Shown: piece by piece, positions 31,840 through 47,977 of the stretch | Layout of the letters: every line of letters starts with the position of its first letter | Position numbering within the stretch: the first letter of the stretch is position 1 | Assembly: GCF_009914755.1 (NCBI RefSeq) | Contig: NC_060944.1 | Source: the human T2T-CHM13v2.0 reference genome, Homo sapiens | DNA length: 64,000 nt | Strand: one strand, 5' to 3' | Made by a program: the position numbers and the translations under genes | Notes under the pieces: model-generated | Databases searched by the model: none | What the model saw: the letters and a program-made list of their open reading frames with translations, nothing else | What the model was told of the DNA's origin: nothing

Positions 31840-32046
31840 TTTCTTTTTGGTAAAGTAGAAACCAAAAACCCCAAAACCCTACCTCCCAGGGTGCTTTGAG
31901 AGTCACACTAGATGAAAGAACGTAGGCAAAGCACCACCCACCACACTAAATAAATGAAGTGCTGCTGCTTGTTATTAATGATAAAAATGTCATTTATTAT
32001 TAATAACAATATTACCACCAGTAGTAATAATAATTTATTAAGCTTA

Positions 32047-32409
<363 letters not shown>

Positions 32410-33325
32410 TTAAAAAATGAGTTAGATTTGTCTAGAAATGTTTGGTAAAAACATAGAAATTAAGTCTTTAATTTTCCTGTACTAAAACAAAAGCATATTA
32501 AGATGTTCAGCCCAGATTTTTTTTTAAGTTATTATTTTATTGTGCATCTATCCAAAGAAAAAGTGAAAAGGAAATTTAATGTAAAAAATATTCACAAGTC
32601 TTACAAACTGTTAGTGACATCAGATAATTTTTAACAAGGAAACATAAGTTGAAGGTCACCATGTCTTTCCTTTCACTTTGTAAACAAATCTTAACTGTAA
32701 GCAGATATGAAAATATTTCAAAACATGCTGAGGAAATTGACTTGATTTTGACTTAAAAACATGACATTTTGAATATTAGAGCATGTAAAGTTTTTCTTTT
32801 CTTTTTTTTTTTTTTTTTAGAGGGGAGAGAAACTTGTTCAAAATTTGAGGAAAGTAATAGTTTTTTAGAGAAACATTTTGTTGAAGATGACTTTCCAGCA
32901 GGAAATGTGACAATTTATATGAAAGGGACTGATAGGATTATGAAATGCTACTTCTGAAACTTCTATCCACTTTCTACCCTCGCCCAAAGATGATAGGAAG
33001 TAAAGTTTGAATATTTTATTTTAATATTATGATATCTGCTAATGTAAATTTGGATTTAGAATACAGATTACAGTAAGATTATCATCAGTTGATATGCATT
33101 AGCTAGGCAGCAACTGGTTCTTTGAATTGCAAATATTACACAAATCACAGGATGTTAATTATGTCAGAGAGAAACAGATAAATTTGCTTTATGTAGCAGA
33201 GGGAAGTTCTTGTATTATGGTAACTTTAACTTGGGTAAATGTTCAGGATCCAGATTAATATTAACCAAATATATAAATTATATCAACATTAGATCTCTGC
33301 AAACAGGTCAAAACTGATTAATCTG

Positions 33326-33643
33326 TTTTTTTTTTTTTTTTTTTTTGAGATGGAGTTTTGCTCTTGTTGCCCAGGCTGGAGTGCAATGGCACGAACTCGG
33401 CTCACCGCGAACTCGGCTCACTGCAACCTCGGCCCCCTGGGTTCAAGCGATTCTCCTGCCTCAGCCTCCCGAGTAGCTGGGATTACAGGCGTCCATAACC
33501 ACACCAGCTAATTTTGTATTTTTAGTAGAGATGGGGTTTCTCCATGTTGGTCAGGTTGGTCTCGAACTCCTGACCTTAGATGATCCACCCGCCTTGGCCT
33601 CCCAAAGTGCTGGGATTACAGGTTTGAGCCACCGAGCCCAGTC
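33326..33643 (-). mobile_element. Alu
   Basis: TSD taatctgttttt; internal duplication of cgaactcggctcac. Confidence 0.9.
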
Positions 33644-34998
33644 TAATCTGTTTTTAAATAACAAAAGAAAACAGCGATTTGCAAAGAGCAACTCATAGAT
33701 TGAAAGCCCTTTGTTTTGAAAAACCAAATCATTGTGTTTTAAAATTCTTTGTGCAGTAAAGATTGATATGCCAAACAAAGGAATTGAATGTCAGATGATA
33801 GGCAGCCAAGTCAAAACTGCAGCTTCTAGGAGGTGGGCTTAGTGGGGCAGTCAGTGTTCAGCTGAGGACACTCTTTCACAAGTGGGCTTTAAAATAGCAG
33901 GTCTTGATGTCCATGGTTTGGTGATTTCTGAGCTAAAAACAAGATTCTTGTTCACAACCACAATCGGGGGTGATCAAAGACTCTTGGTAGCTCCTAAGTG
34001 GAGTTCATAGGGTTATAATAAATAGCTTAATTTCCTTAATTTTATGGAAATTTGAAAGATGCTACCATGCTGCTTGAACTTGAATATTTTATCTTAAACG
34101 CTGTGAAGTATAGATAGAAACATTTTATCTGACATAGTTAATGATGATACTAATAGAGTGAAGTAAAATTGTTTAAAAGACCTGGCCAGGAAAAAGGAAT
34201 ATCTGATAGTGTATCTTGGTATCCTAATAGTGTGGACTTTGGATGTGAAACACAGTTAATTCCTTCAGTGCCTGTCTGTTGGGCATCTTCCATCTGACGG
34301 GCATTATGTCAGGGACCGTGTTGTGCGAAAGCAGGTGGGGTCATTGCCCAGAATGAGCCTGCAGCCTCATGGGAAAGTAAGACATCAGTACATAAATAAG
34401 TGCAAAATTGCAGTCTTGTCAACCGCTACAAGAGAGGGTGACTGTGCACTGAGAGCACAGACTAGGATCTGGGAAGAGTTGAAATGTCCTGAGATCTTGG
34501 GATGATGAAAGCTTAACAAGCAAAGAGGGAGCACAACCTGCTCGAAGCCACCAGTGGGACTGGAACCCAGAGAACAAAGGCGAGCATGGTGCCAGATGAG
34601 CCCAGAGGCCTCCCCAGGAGTCGAATCATTCAGGGTGGGGGCTAGCTGCATTTTAAGTGGAAATAGGGGTCCAGGTGAAGGCAGCACAATCAGATTTGTC
34701 TTTTGGGAAGATCATTCTGGAAAGACGGGAGAGTGGAGGGAAAGGGGCCCTGGGGGGTTGAGGAGACTTGTGCGAAGCTATGCAGTGTTTCAGATGAAAG
34801 ATGGTGTGAGTGACGGGACACTGCAGTAAGTGCGGGGGTGCAGGAAGACTCTCGGGCTCCCAGCTTGCCACACAGGTTGGGCAGTGGTGCCTTTTACAGA
34901 GAATCAAGTCTGCACGGAGGGCCAGGTGTGCAGGCCGTGCCTTCACTGACAGGAATGGCTTTTCTAATCATTTCCCTGATTTCTGCTCTTTCAAACAG

Positions 34999-35100
34999 GG
35001 TAACTTCTTTCAAAATATTGGTTCCATCACCCTGTTTGCTGTTTTTGGGACGGCAATCTCCGCTTTTGTAGTAGGTGGAGGAATTTATTTTCTGGGTCAG
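34999..35100 (+). CDS. SLC9A8: SLC9A8 exon 6: GNFFQNIGSITLFAVFGTAISAFVVGGGIYFLGQ
   Basis: Acceptor tcaaacag|, donor CAG|gtaaga; lies within ORF 34810..35211; 102 nt. Confidence 0.97.
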
Positions 35101-36229
35101 GTAAGAAAATCATCTTTGAAACACTTTGAAAGTCTTACATTCTTAGAGCTAGTGCAGGGAGGTGGGAAGGTGAAATGGGGCCACTTTGTGGGGCCTGGGT
35201 TTCACCCTTAAGGTAAATTCCTTCTGGAAGGAAATCCTAGCTTCATATGAGGCACAGTAGAGGCGTGCTAAATTGTTTCAAAGTGTCCTCCAAGACCTTT
35301 GGTATCTGGAATTGAGTAAATCTTTTCCATAATCCCCCCCAAAGTATTTGAGTTTATTTGCAAACCAATACTGTCTTAAATTAGAATACCTAAAAATGAA
35401 GCCAAATATATGCCATCAAGAACTTCAAACTGTGTTGTCAAGTAGACTGAATTGGGGTTGAATGCTGTTTTTTGATAAAAATTTGTATTTAAAAAATCAA
35501 AGATGTGCTTTTCTGCTGGCATTGGAGAAATAATAAAATCAAAGGTGATGCTGAATCTCTTCACTCAATTCTAAGCTGTCTACCTGTAGAATTATATACT
35601 CTGGATTTTCCACAATTGCTAAACCACTTCCCAGTGGCACCAGTTGGGTGGTCTCTACTTTAGACTTCAAATTAATTTAGACCAAACATCCCTAGGAAGG
35701 TAGTATCTGTAGTTTTGTATTATGCATGTCCATGCATGTCACATTCTTTTCCTTTATTGTCAGTTGCGGAAAGTTTGCCTGTCTCAGTTCTGAAAATTAA
35801 GTTGAGGGTCAGGTATCTGAGTGACGGGCAGATTTCTTTAACACATCAGCTGCTTTCTTCTCTCAATAGCCAAAGCCCATTCCATTGGATTTTCACCTAT
35901 ATTGCAGCTTTGATGGCACCAGAATAAATCTGTCTGTCATGCAGCTTTCTTCATTGCTCAGCTTCTAGTATTAAGTAAGAATAAACTTAAGGAAACTACA
36001 GTTAATTGGGCTTGAAGAATGTAGCATTCTTTTCCATACTCTCGTTGCATGCCGATGGAATGCATGTTTCAACTAAGGCTTAGGAGCTTTTATTTTTCAA
36101 GTGGTTTGGGAACTGAAGATTAATGTCCTTATTAGTTTTAATAAAGCACTAATGGACATTTAAATCTTGGCTGTTCTCCAGGGTTTTTTTTTTGTGTGTG
36201 TCTGTGTGTTTGTGTGTTTTATTTTACAG

Positions 36230-36264
36230 GCTGATGTAATCTCTAAACTCAACATGACAGACAG
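36230..36264 (+). CDS. SLC9A8: SLC9A8 exon 7 (35 nt): ADVISKLNMTD(S)
   Basis: Acceptor attttacag|, donor ACAG|gtaaat; required to bridge phase 0 to phase 2. Confidence 0.93.
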
Positions 36265-38262
36265 GTAAATCCTTCATACTGTAACACCCATGCGACTGCT
36301 TTTCAGACAGGGGAAATGTTTCTCCACATTGCTTCCTGGGTGTGGTACTGTTCTATTCTCTCTCTGTGTATTTATTTTTGGTAAGGATTTCTGCCATAGA
36401 ATCTTACTCTGAGTTAATTTGTATCTCTGAAATGAATCAAAACTATCCTAAAGACTTTTGAAGATCCCTAGTGGGGCATTGCTGATTGGAATGATTTAGT
36501 TTAAGCTTGGGAGGGAGTAACTCTGCTCAGCTAACTGCCCTGCCTGTGTGCACGCGTACACTGTACCATTGTCTTCTTATTTACAAGACTTTTCAGTCGC
36601 CGTAACAAAAAGTCTTCTTGACAGATTAGAGATGGAGAGGGGGAGTGACGGAGAAACTTTCCTCTGGGATTCCCACGAAGCCTGTGGTGGGGGAAGCAGG
36701 GCCAAGACCTCTATTGTGGTTATTGTAGAAAGCCCCTCCATCTGAAGCCACTCCCGTGAGCACTTCCCATGAGCCCCATCCAGGATTTCCCAGAATTGCA
36801 TAGTGAGAAGCAACCTCACTAGGTTGAGGCAGTTGTCTCTCAGAAGGTACCAGATCTAGTGCTGAAAAAGTGCCCATGCTGAGCATAGTCTGGGTTCCCC
36901 CCTCTGAGAGCAGACAGCCTTGCTCAGTGTGTCTGCATTTGGTCTTGTGACATGGCTGGGGAGCTGGGCAGCAGGGTCACATGTTCGTCCCCAGATCCTT
37001 GCCATGGGGCCAGTCAGAGCTTTCAGGATTTAGCAGCAGTTTAGCAACTTGGGACTAGAATCTGGGAACCCTTTTCATGGGAACTGTGTCTCTGATAACA
37101 AATCCAATTCTATTTCTACCTCCACTCACCACCCACCCCAGCCCAGGACAATTTTGGAGCTTTTGTTGTAAGACAGTTTTGATACATAAACAAGTAGTCC
37201 TATTCCATGAGAGCTGGAAATAAAGCAGAACTGATGTCCTGTGTTTGGTAGGTATTTTGCAAATAAAAAGAAATGCCCAGTAAAGGAAGGTATCACAGTA
37301 TTCAAACCTTCCACTTGTTTTGGGGGCAACTGGTTAGAGATACAGACAATGCTGGATAACTTCCTGTGAAGTTGAATTGAATCAGTGGTTGGGATGTTCA
37401 GGTGGAGGACAGGAAAGGAATTGCCCTGTAGACACACTGACTTAGAGCCGGGTAGTGTTTTCCTCTCCGTGTGCAGAAGTTTCCTTTGCTGTTAGAAAGT
37501 GACGATCCCTCAGATGGGGACTGCTCTGGGGTCGCAAACCCACACAGCCGCAGGGCCTGGCAGAGCACTTAACAGAGGGAAGCTGGCCAGCTGTGAGTCT
37601 AGACATGGGGCAGCGGCCAGTGGGAGAACACACCCTGTATGAAGGGACAGCCACTTCTCAGCGCCAACTCATGATTACCATGTGGAAATCTGGGCCCAGA
37701 ATTGGTGGCTATTTTAAATACTTTTTTTTCAAAAAGATGCTGGGTTTCTAGATTTTTATAGGGAATTTTCCAGTTTTTCAATGTTGACAACTTGCTCAAT
37801 TTTTCACAAATACCATGCAGACCAAACATGAGAGGGGACCACAGACTTTTTGCAACCTCTGCACTGTAGAAAACATAAAAATAACTTCGTTGCACACGTT
37901 TTGTTTTGTTCTAGTGATATCTTGTTGGAGAGAGATTTCACTCTTAGAGATCCTGAATTATTTCGCTGCCTTAGTTCATTTCTTTTTCATTTTGTTAATG
38001 TTGCTATCTTTTGGGGCTATGGGATAAAGAAAATACATTTTTAAGTTGAACTTCTGGCGTTTAAAAGGCGAGGTCTTAAAGATGTGAAGTGGAACAGCTG
38101 ACAGCCAGGTGAAATAACCGTCTTTCCATACAGACCTCTCAATGATTCAGCAGTTTGTATTTCAGACTTCTCATCTTCACTGTCAGAAATACTCTGCCTC
38201 AATTTAGATTCCCAAGCAAACTGTGTAACATGATTTATACAAAGCATTTCCCCCAGCCTTTT

Positions 38263-38441
38263 GTTTGTTTTGTTTTTTTCAGTTAATTTAGAAAGTTTAT
38301 TTTGCCAAGGTTGAGCATGCGCACCCGTGACAGCCTCAGGAGGTCCTGACGACATGTACCCAAGATGATCAGAGCACAGTTTGGTTTTATACATTTTAGG
38401 GACACATGAGACATCAGTCAACTTATGTAAGATGGACGTTG
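38263..38441 (-). mobile_element. Polyadenylated, 5'-truncated MER4-LTR retrocopy
   Basis: Minus strand: LTR sequence, AATAAA, then A-rich tail; TSD cccca(g/a)cctttt at 38251-38262 and 38442-38453. Confidence 0.8.
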
Positions 38442-38606
38442 CCCCAACCTTTTATTATGAAAAATTTTAAACATACAGAAAAGGTGAAGCATTGTGAAGT
38501 GAATACCCATAAACAAATTTTTAAAATATAAAAGGTGTATCCTGCAGGGGTAGGAGAGGCACAGGACAGGGAACTTGGGAGCCTGTGGTGGGCCTGCGCT
38601 TCACTG

Positions 38607-38861
38607 AGGCTGGAGTATAGTGGCATGATCACAGCTCGCTGTAGCCTCAAACTCCTGAGCTCAAGCTGTCCTCCTGCCTCAGCCTCCTGAGTAGCTCGGA
38701 CTACAGGTATGCGGCACCACTTCCGGCTAATTTTTGTGTGTGTAGAGATAGGGTTCTCTCTATATTGCCCAGGCTGGTCCTGAACTCCTGAGCTCAAGCC
38801 ATCCTCCCACCTCAGCCTCCTAAAGTGTTGGGATTACAGGCGTGAGCCACTGTGCCCGGCC
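38607..38861 (-). mobile_element. Alu (J-like) lacking its 3' end and tail
   Basis: Alu homology stops at aggctggagt (38607). Confidence 0.88.
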
Positions 38862-40855
38862 CAGGATACACTTTTTAGACATCATCCTCCTTCCTTCACG
38901 GCCTCTGGTGATGGGGCTGTGGTTGATGAGAGTGAAAATAAAAGAGCGACCAGAAGCTCTGTCTGGGTTGTGGTGCAAGGGCCTGGGGACCAGCCACCAA
39001 TAAAATAGGATCTCCCAGATGGGCAGTTGTTTAGTGGAGTTACCTTCCCTTTCTTCCTTCCCTTTCTTCTTCCCACCTGCCTGCCTGCTTGCCTTCTGCA
39101 AGTGTCTCTGGGCCATGCCCAGTACAGACCCTGGGAATTCACCCATGACGAAAATTCAGCATCCACTCCCTTGGAGCTCACAGGCCTGTGATGACCTCTG
39201 TGAGGACAGGCGAAGTCTGGGAACTGAATCCTCAGCCTGGGATCCGGAGGCACTCTGGGTTAATGCGCATGAGTCACATTCACAGGCAGCTACCATGGAA
39301 ACCAGAGGCCAGATGATTGACTTCTGAAGAGAACTGTACCTGGCAAGGCAGCCAGGCATTTCCTCAGTCAGCTCTCCTCTCCCTGACCCTGCAGCCAAAA
39401 GATCACCCATTGAAGGCTGCTCAGCCGAGCATCCTTTTCCCCCTAGACCCAGGCTTGGTGAGGGTGGGAAGCTCAGGGCAGTCGTCTCTGGCTGATGACT
39501 GACACAGGCTGGCCATTGGGTCTCCATGTTTTGGCTGGTGTTGTGGAAGGGGGCAGACCCACCATTCTGCTGCCCTGGAAAGAAAGTTGCAACAGGCATG
39601 GCACAGAGGCTTGTGGGAAAATCACCAAAGGGCAGGGAGAGTGAATTGTCCAGGCTCATGTGGCACATGAGGCCCCTTGAGGGAGCTGGTCCTGCCTCCC
39701 TCGCCAGCCTCTTATGGCTCCTGCCACTCACCCCACCCCCACCACCACATGCACCTTCCTTCTGTTCCTCAGGCAGCAGGCTTGCTCCCACCGCAGGAGT
39801 CGCTTGCTGTCACCTCAGCCTGCAGCTCTTGGCCTGGCCAGCTGCTTCTTAACATGTAGGTTCTTGCTTACATGTGTCATCCCTTCACAGAGGCCTCTCC
39901 AGACCGCCCCATCTAAGTGGCTCCCACACCCACACCCCCACCCCACCTTCCCACGTCACCTCAATTGATTTCCTGGGTCACGTGGTATTGTCTGAATTTG
40001 CCTTCATCTCTGGGTATTGCTGTATCTACTGTTGGGGGTAGGAGTACCGACTCTGGGCAGATAGCCTGGCTCTGCTACTTGTTAGCTGAGTGACCTTGGA
40101 CAAGTTACTTCATCATCCCGTTGTCCCTCGGTTTTCTCCTCTGTCATTGGGGCAGTAGTAGCAGTCTCATACAGTCACTGTCTGGATTGTTGAGTCACCG
40201 TATGTGAAGTGCTTAGAACAGTGCCGGCCATGGTAGCCTCCATTCCTGAAACATGTTAGACAATCAGCACATATCTGCTGGGGGTGATAAGATCTTCACG
40301 GGGACTGTCAGTGAGGTCACTGGCCCAGTTGGGAGATGGCCTCAGTGTTTCTCTCGGCTGTCTACGCCACTCACCCCCAAAGCACACTGGGGTTGCTGCT
40401 GCTTTTTGACACTTTCTTAGATCTTGCAAATCTGAGTGCAGGCTGGGGTCGGTCACGGACAGCATTCCAAGGGGCTGGTGGCGAGGGGCAGAGCAGAGGT
40501 CAGATGCAGGAGCTCATGGGCCATTTGGCTCTAGCTGCTCTGACCCGTGGAACTGGGCGGTGTATGATAAATATATCTAAGCAAAAGTCTCCCTTCCATC
40601 ATTGGTCAAAGTCAAGTCTCCGTGCTGACACTAGAAAACCAGGCCATTCCTAACAACTCAGTTTAGAGTGGGCCTTTCATACTCCACCCACAAAACAGCA
40701 GATAAGTGGGGAAAAAATACGCTACCTTCTGTAATTAATTCAGCTCTAGCGTGTAGTATTGCTTTCTGTTAAATATGGCCTTTGACTTTAATGCTTTAAT
40801 ATGTGGACCAAGTGACACACATTACAGAATCTCCCCTTCCCTCTGTCTCTTACAG

Positions 40856-40999
40856 TTTTGCGTTTGGCTCCCTAATATCTGCTGTCGATCCAGTGGCCAC
40901 TATTGCCATTTTCAATGCACTTCATGTGGACCCCGTGCTCAACATGCTGGTCTTTGGAGAAAGTATTCTCAACGATGCAGTCTCCATTGTTCTGACCAA
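40856..40999 (+). CDS. SLC9A8: SLC9A8 exon 8: [20 protein letters not shown]...[16 protein letters not shown](N)
   Basis: Acceptor ctcttacag|, donor AA|gtaagt; CPA1 motifs SAVDPV and GESxxND; 144 nt. Confidence 0.97.
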
Positions 41000-41217
41000 G
41001 TAAGTACGGGGGCAGAGAACAGACTTTTTTCATGTGACAGAACTAAAGGTCCTTGTAACAAAGGGGCAGATATTTCCACACAGCATGTGTACAGTTGCTT
41101 GTCCTCTGGGTGATCAGTTCACCCACTCTCTTTCTCTGTATTTCTGTCCTGACAAGCCTTGATGTGCTGCAAGAATATGGTCAGGTTCCAGGGGTGGTTA
41201 AAAGAGGAGAGTCCACC

Positions 41218-41510
41218 TTTTTTTTTGAGACAGGGTCTCGCTCTGTCACCCAAGCTGGAGTGCAGTGGCTCCATCACAGCTCACTGCAGCTTCAACCTCC
41301 TGGGTTCAACTGATCTCCCACCTCAGCCTCCCGAGTAGCTGGGACTTACAGGCACGTGCCATCACGCCCAGCTAATTTTTTAAGAAGTTTTTGTAGAGAT
41401 GGGGTTCGCCATGTTGCCCAGGCTTGTCTTGAACCCCTGGGCTCAAGCAGTTTGCCCACCTCAGCCTCCCAAAGTGCTGGGATTACAGGTGTAAGCCATT
41501 GCTCCTGGCT
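41218..41510 (-). mobile_element. Alu (J-like)
   Basis: Dimer; flanking repeat ccaccttttt. Confidence 0.88.
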
Positions 41511-41537
41511 TTGCCCACCTTTTTCGACCTGCCTTTT

Positions 41538-41725
41538 AGTAGTGGTTTCTGAGCCCAGCTTGTCAACATCACTGAGGGTGCTTATTAAGTGTGACATTCC
41601 TAGGCCCCACCCTCAGAGCTTCTGATTCATTTGGTCTGGGGTGAGTCCCAAGACCATGGGTTTTTAATAAGTTCCCCAGATATGATGAAGCGGCCTGTTC
41701 AGGGGTCAGTGTTTGGGCAATATTA
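41538..41725. mobile_element. MER5A (hAT-Charlie) fossil
   Basis: ggccccaccctcagagcttctgattcatttggtctgggg...tttttaataagttcccca core. Confidence 0.7.
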
Positions 41726-41944
41726 TTGGCAACAAAAGCAATAGACAGAGGCCCCACTAGCTGATGCATGTCACCTTCCTTTTCACAGCTTTAAAATAAG
41801 GTAGGAATGCTGATAGGTGCCCTGCCTTAAGATGCTATTGTGTAAACTCTACTTTGGACACTACAATTTGTTTTCAAATATTTGTTGGTATTACTACCCT
41901 AATTGATGGGATCTGAGAAGTTAAAGATGAATAATAAAATGTCA

Positions 41945-42386
<442 letters not shown>

Positions 42387-42786
42387 TCACTGGGAAAAGT
42401 AAATGCATTTCAGATAATCTCAAATATATTTTTCTGATGCAGGGATATTTCCTTGAACTCTGCATTTTATGGTGGTCATTAACAGGCAGGCAACAAACCC
42501 AAAGATTTTTGCCAAAACACAGATGTTTGAGACCAGTCTGGACAACATAGCAAGACCCCATTCTCCCACCTTCCCGCAAAAAACTCCAAAGCACGTGGAG
42601 AAAAGAGCCCCGGATAATGTATCAAAAATGAGCTAAGAGAATCTTAGAGGCCAGTGTGTGTTCTGTTAGATAATAGAATTTCCATTTACCTGAATACTGA
42701 CTTACTGCCTTTGCTAAAGCATAACCACTCTGTGGTAGCTGGCATTTTCTTAGAAGTTTTTTTATAGACTATATTCAGAATTCTTA

Positions 42787-43161
<375 letters not shown>

Positions 43162-43945
43162 CTATGAGAAAAGCATCCAGCATTGGGTAATGTGACATCC
43201 TTTCCTTTTCTTTCCCTGCCCCTAGTTGTTGTTTTCACCACATTTGCCCAGTTTTTGCCCTGTTTTTGCCCTTCCTTTGCAGGAGGAGCTTACCAAATAC
43301 TGCCTGATGTCAAGAGGTGCTCAACAGGCCTTAAAAAACAACCAAACTTATAAGTATTTTTGTTATTCTAAATGTAGTACATATGTTCTTACCAAATTTA
43401 GGAAATACACAAGCAAAAAAGAGAGAAGTATCACACACATTGCTACTACCTAGAGATAATTATGGTTGATAATTTGGTGTAAATATATATACATTTTATT
43501 TCAATAGGCTTATACCCCAAATATTGTACTCTATTTTCCATTGAACACAATTGATAAAACAGTCTTCTGGAAAATAATTTTACTGGTTACGGTGTATTCC
43601 TTTTTCTGGGTTTACTATGATCTACTTAACCAGTTTCCTACTATTGGCTTTTTCATGTTTCTCTTGGCAGAAATTTCTATAGCTTTATTAGGATATTATC
43701 CAACATCATGCCACAAGACCTTTAAAAAATCCAATGGCAGTATTTTTTCTTATTTAAGATCTACTCTGAAAGCTGCCTAGCATTCTGGTTTTTACTTTTA
43801 TCTCGTATCCTGGCTACACATATTGAACATTTGTGACAAGGAATTTTGCCTAACTTGGAGGTGACATCATGAGTTATTTTTATGCATTGGGAGCTAAACT
43901 CAATTGCTTTGTCTCTTGATTTTTTTAAAGAAAAATAATTTTTCA

Positions 43946-44576
<631 letters not shown>

Positions 44577-45824
44577 ACCCAAGCTGGCTTGAGAATCAGC
44601 CTCACAAACTCTCCAGCCACGGCTGGTCATCTGCCATCAGCATTTGGTGAGGGACCTCTGTGTGCCAGACACTGCTGAGAGCCAGGTGGATTTGACAGTC
44701 GGTCCATGATGGGCAAAAGATGCCCGTAGAGAAGTGAACATGGTGCCTTAAGCATGAGGGGGCTCAATGACCAGACCATGAAGGATATGAGGAAGGCTTC
44801 TCAGAAGGAACGTCTTGTGAGCCAGGCCTGGGAGGCTTATTTTCAGACAGAAGATACAGAAAAGGGGCATGTCAGACTTACCCCCGCCTCCCCCTCCACC
44901 TTTTTTTTTTTTTTTAGTACAGAAGAAAAATATGCTCCTGGGAGCTGTTGTCACCTTTCCTTGGTTATCAGAATCATACCTGGTTTTGAAGAGGTATACT
45001 TCATAAACGATCATCTCCAAAGTGAGCTGACACATTTATCTTTGCAACTGAATATGTAAATGAGTTACCCCCTTTTTGATGTTGTTACCTTCATGAATGC
45101 CAGAAAGCAAATGTCTTCTGTTTCTTCAGTAACTTGAATTCATTTTCAGCTTTGATTTGTTGCTATGATAGTGTGTTCTTAAAGTCACTGCTGTAGAGGA
45201 AACCTTTTGTTTTCTCCAGCTACAGCTTAAGCTCATGAAATGGACCCTGAAGCAATACTCCCTTTTATTCTTTAAGGTATGAGAAACATGACCTTAAGAA
45301 ACAAAATGTAGAAAATTACCAGGCCAGAAAGAGTCCAAATTCTACTTTCATTACCTGGAGTTCAGAAACCATTGCCCCAGCCCTGGATCTGCTGTTAACC
45401 CTTTGTGTGACCTTACCCAGTGACTCACTCTCTTTGGGCCTCGGGCTACTCTGTATAAAAAGCAGTGAAACCAGCCTGGGTACCTGCTGTGGTAGTGATG
45501 TGGGCTGAGGCTGGGCACTGTATGTGTGTGACCTGCAGATCCATTTTTGGGAACTATGGGTGATCATGGCCTTCAAAAGCACTTTTCCAATATGAGCCCT
45601 TGTTGGCTGCCACATTCCTCAAGGTGGGATGTTAACCTGTGATCTGCTAGAAAGAAGGGGGATTGGGGAGATTGTTTGTTCAGATGAGTCTGCAAAGCTT
45701 TCACGTGAAGAAAGTTAGATTTCTTTTTTGCAAGACTTCTCAGACCTTTATTATGTTATTTTGGGCTGTGAATTTCCTCGAAAGGCTTTCTGAGTTTATT
45801 TGACCAAGCTACCTTTTCATCTTA

Positions 45825-46210
<386 letters not shown>

Positions 46211-46697
46211 CTATTCTTTGTTTCATTTACTGAGTCAACAAAAAGGTATTGACTGTCTTTTGTGTGGGAGGCTCTGCTTTAAGCCCCGGACATAAGGCAG
46301 CGAACAAGATGGACACAGGCTTCATCCTCATGGAATGAGGCACGACAGTTTCCCATGCTGTGAAGGAGAAGTCAAGCACCATGACAACCTTTAAATGGGC
46401 AGGCCTGCGTGAAGGGATCAGGGCAGGTGTGCCTGAGGGAGTGGCACTGACCCTGGGTTCTGAGGGATGAATAAGGGAGTTAGCTGGGGCAAGGAAAAGT
46501 GAATGGTGACCACCTGGGAGGTGCCAGTGACAGTGTGGCCCAGATGTTTAGATTTGGGGAGAGGAGGTAAGGTCAGAGAGGTATGGCAGGCAGGAGCCAA
46601 GTCAAACTAAGACTGGGCTTCCTGATAACGTCGGGAAACTGTGAGTTCTGAACAGGCTGGTAACCTGATCAGGTGTGCCTTTGAAAAGGATCAGTTA

Positions 46698-46971
46698 GGG
46701 CCTGTATTTCTAGCACTTTGGGATGTTGAGGCAGGCGAATCACTTGAGCCCAGGAGTTCGAGACCAGCCTGGGCAATATGGTGAAATCCCATCTCTACAG
46801 AAAATACAAAAACTAACTGGGTGTGGTGATGTATGCTTGTGGTCTCAGCTACTCTGGGGCTGAGGTGGGAGGATCACATGAGCCTGGGAAGCAGAGGTTG
46901 CAGTGAGCTGAGATCATGCCACTGCACTTCTGCCTGGGTGACAGAGTGAGACCCTGTCTCAAAAACAAAAA
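46698..46971 (+). mobile_element. Alu inside L2
   Basis: Slightly 5'-truncated dimer. Confidence 0.88.
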
Positions 46972-47323
46972 GAGGGGGATCATCTAGGCCACTGAGTGGA
47001 CAACGGGGTTGGTCTGTAGGAAGGCAAGGATGTCTAGAAGGAGATCAGTGAGACTTATCCCTGGGAGTAAAGGGCAGTAGGGGAGGGAAGAAGGGAATGG
47101 ATTTGAGAGACACGAGGAGGATATTTAATGAGAATAACTCGATGTTCATGGTGTAATGGTTTTATCTTTAAGGACAAAACCAACAATTGAATTTAATAAC
47201 ATCTGACATTTTACTTTGTTCTGTTACAGTAAAAGGAAAGTTCTTTCTTTCATTTCTTCCTCCTTAATGTCTCCTAAATCCTCCCTCTCAGCCTGAAACC
47301 TCGGACATTTCTTCTTTGGGTAG

Positions 47324-47977
<654 letters not shown>

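Noticed and set aside
39156-39791. 211-aa minus-strand ORF in a GC-richer region
   Set aside because: No recognisable domain, probably a non-ATG start, and several overlapping ORFs on both strands; consistent with chance
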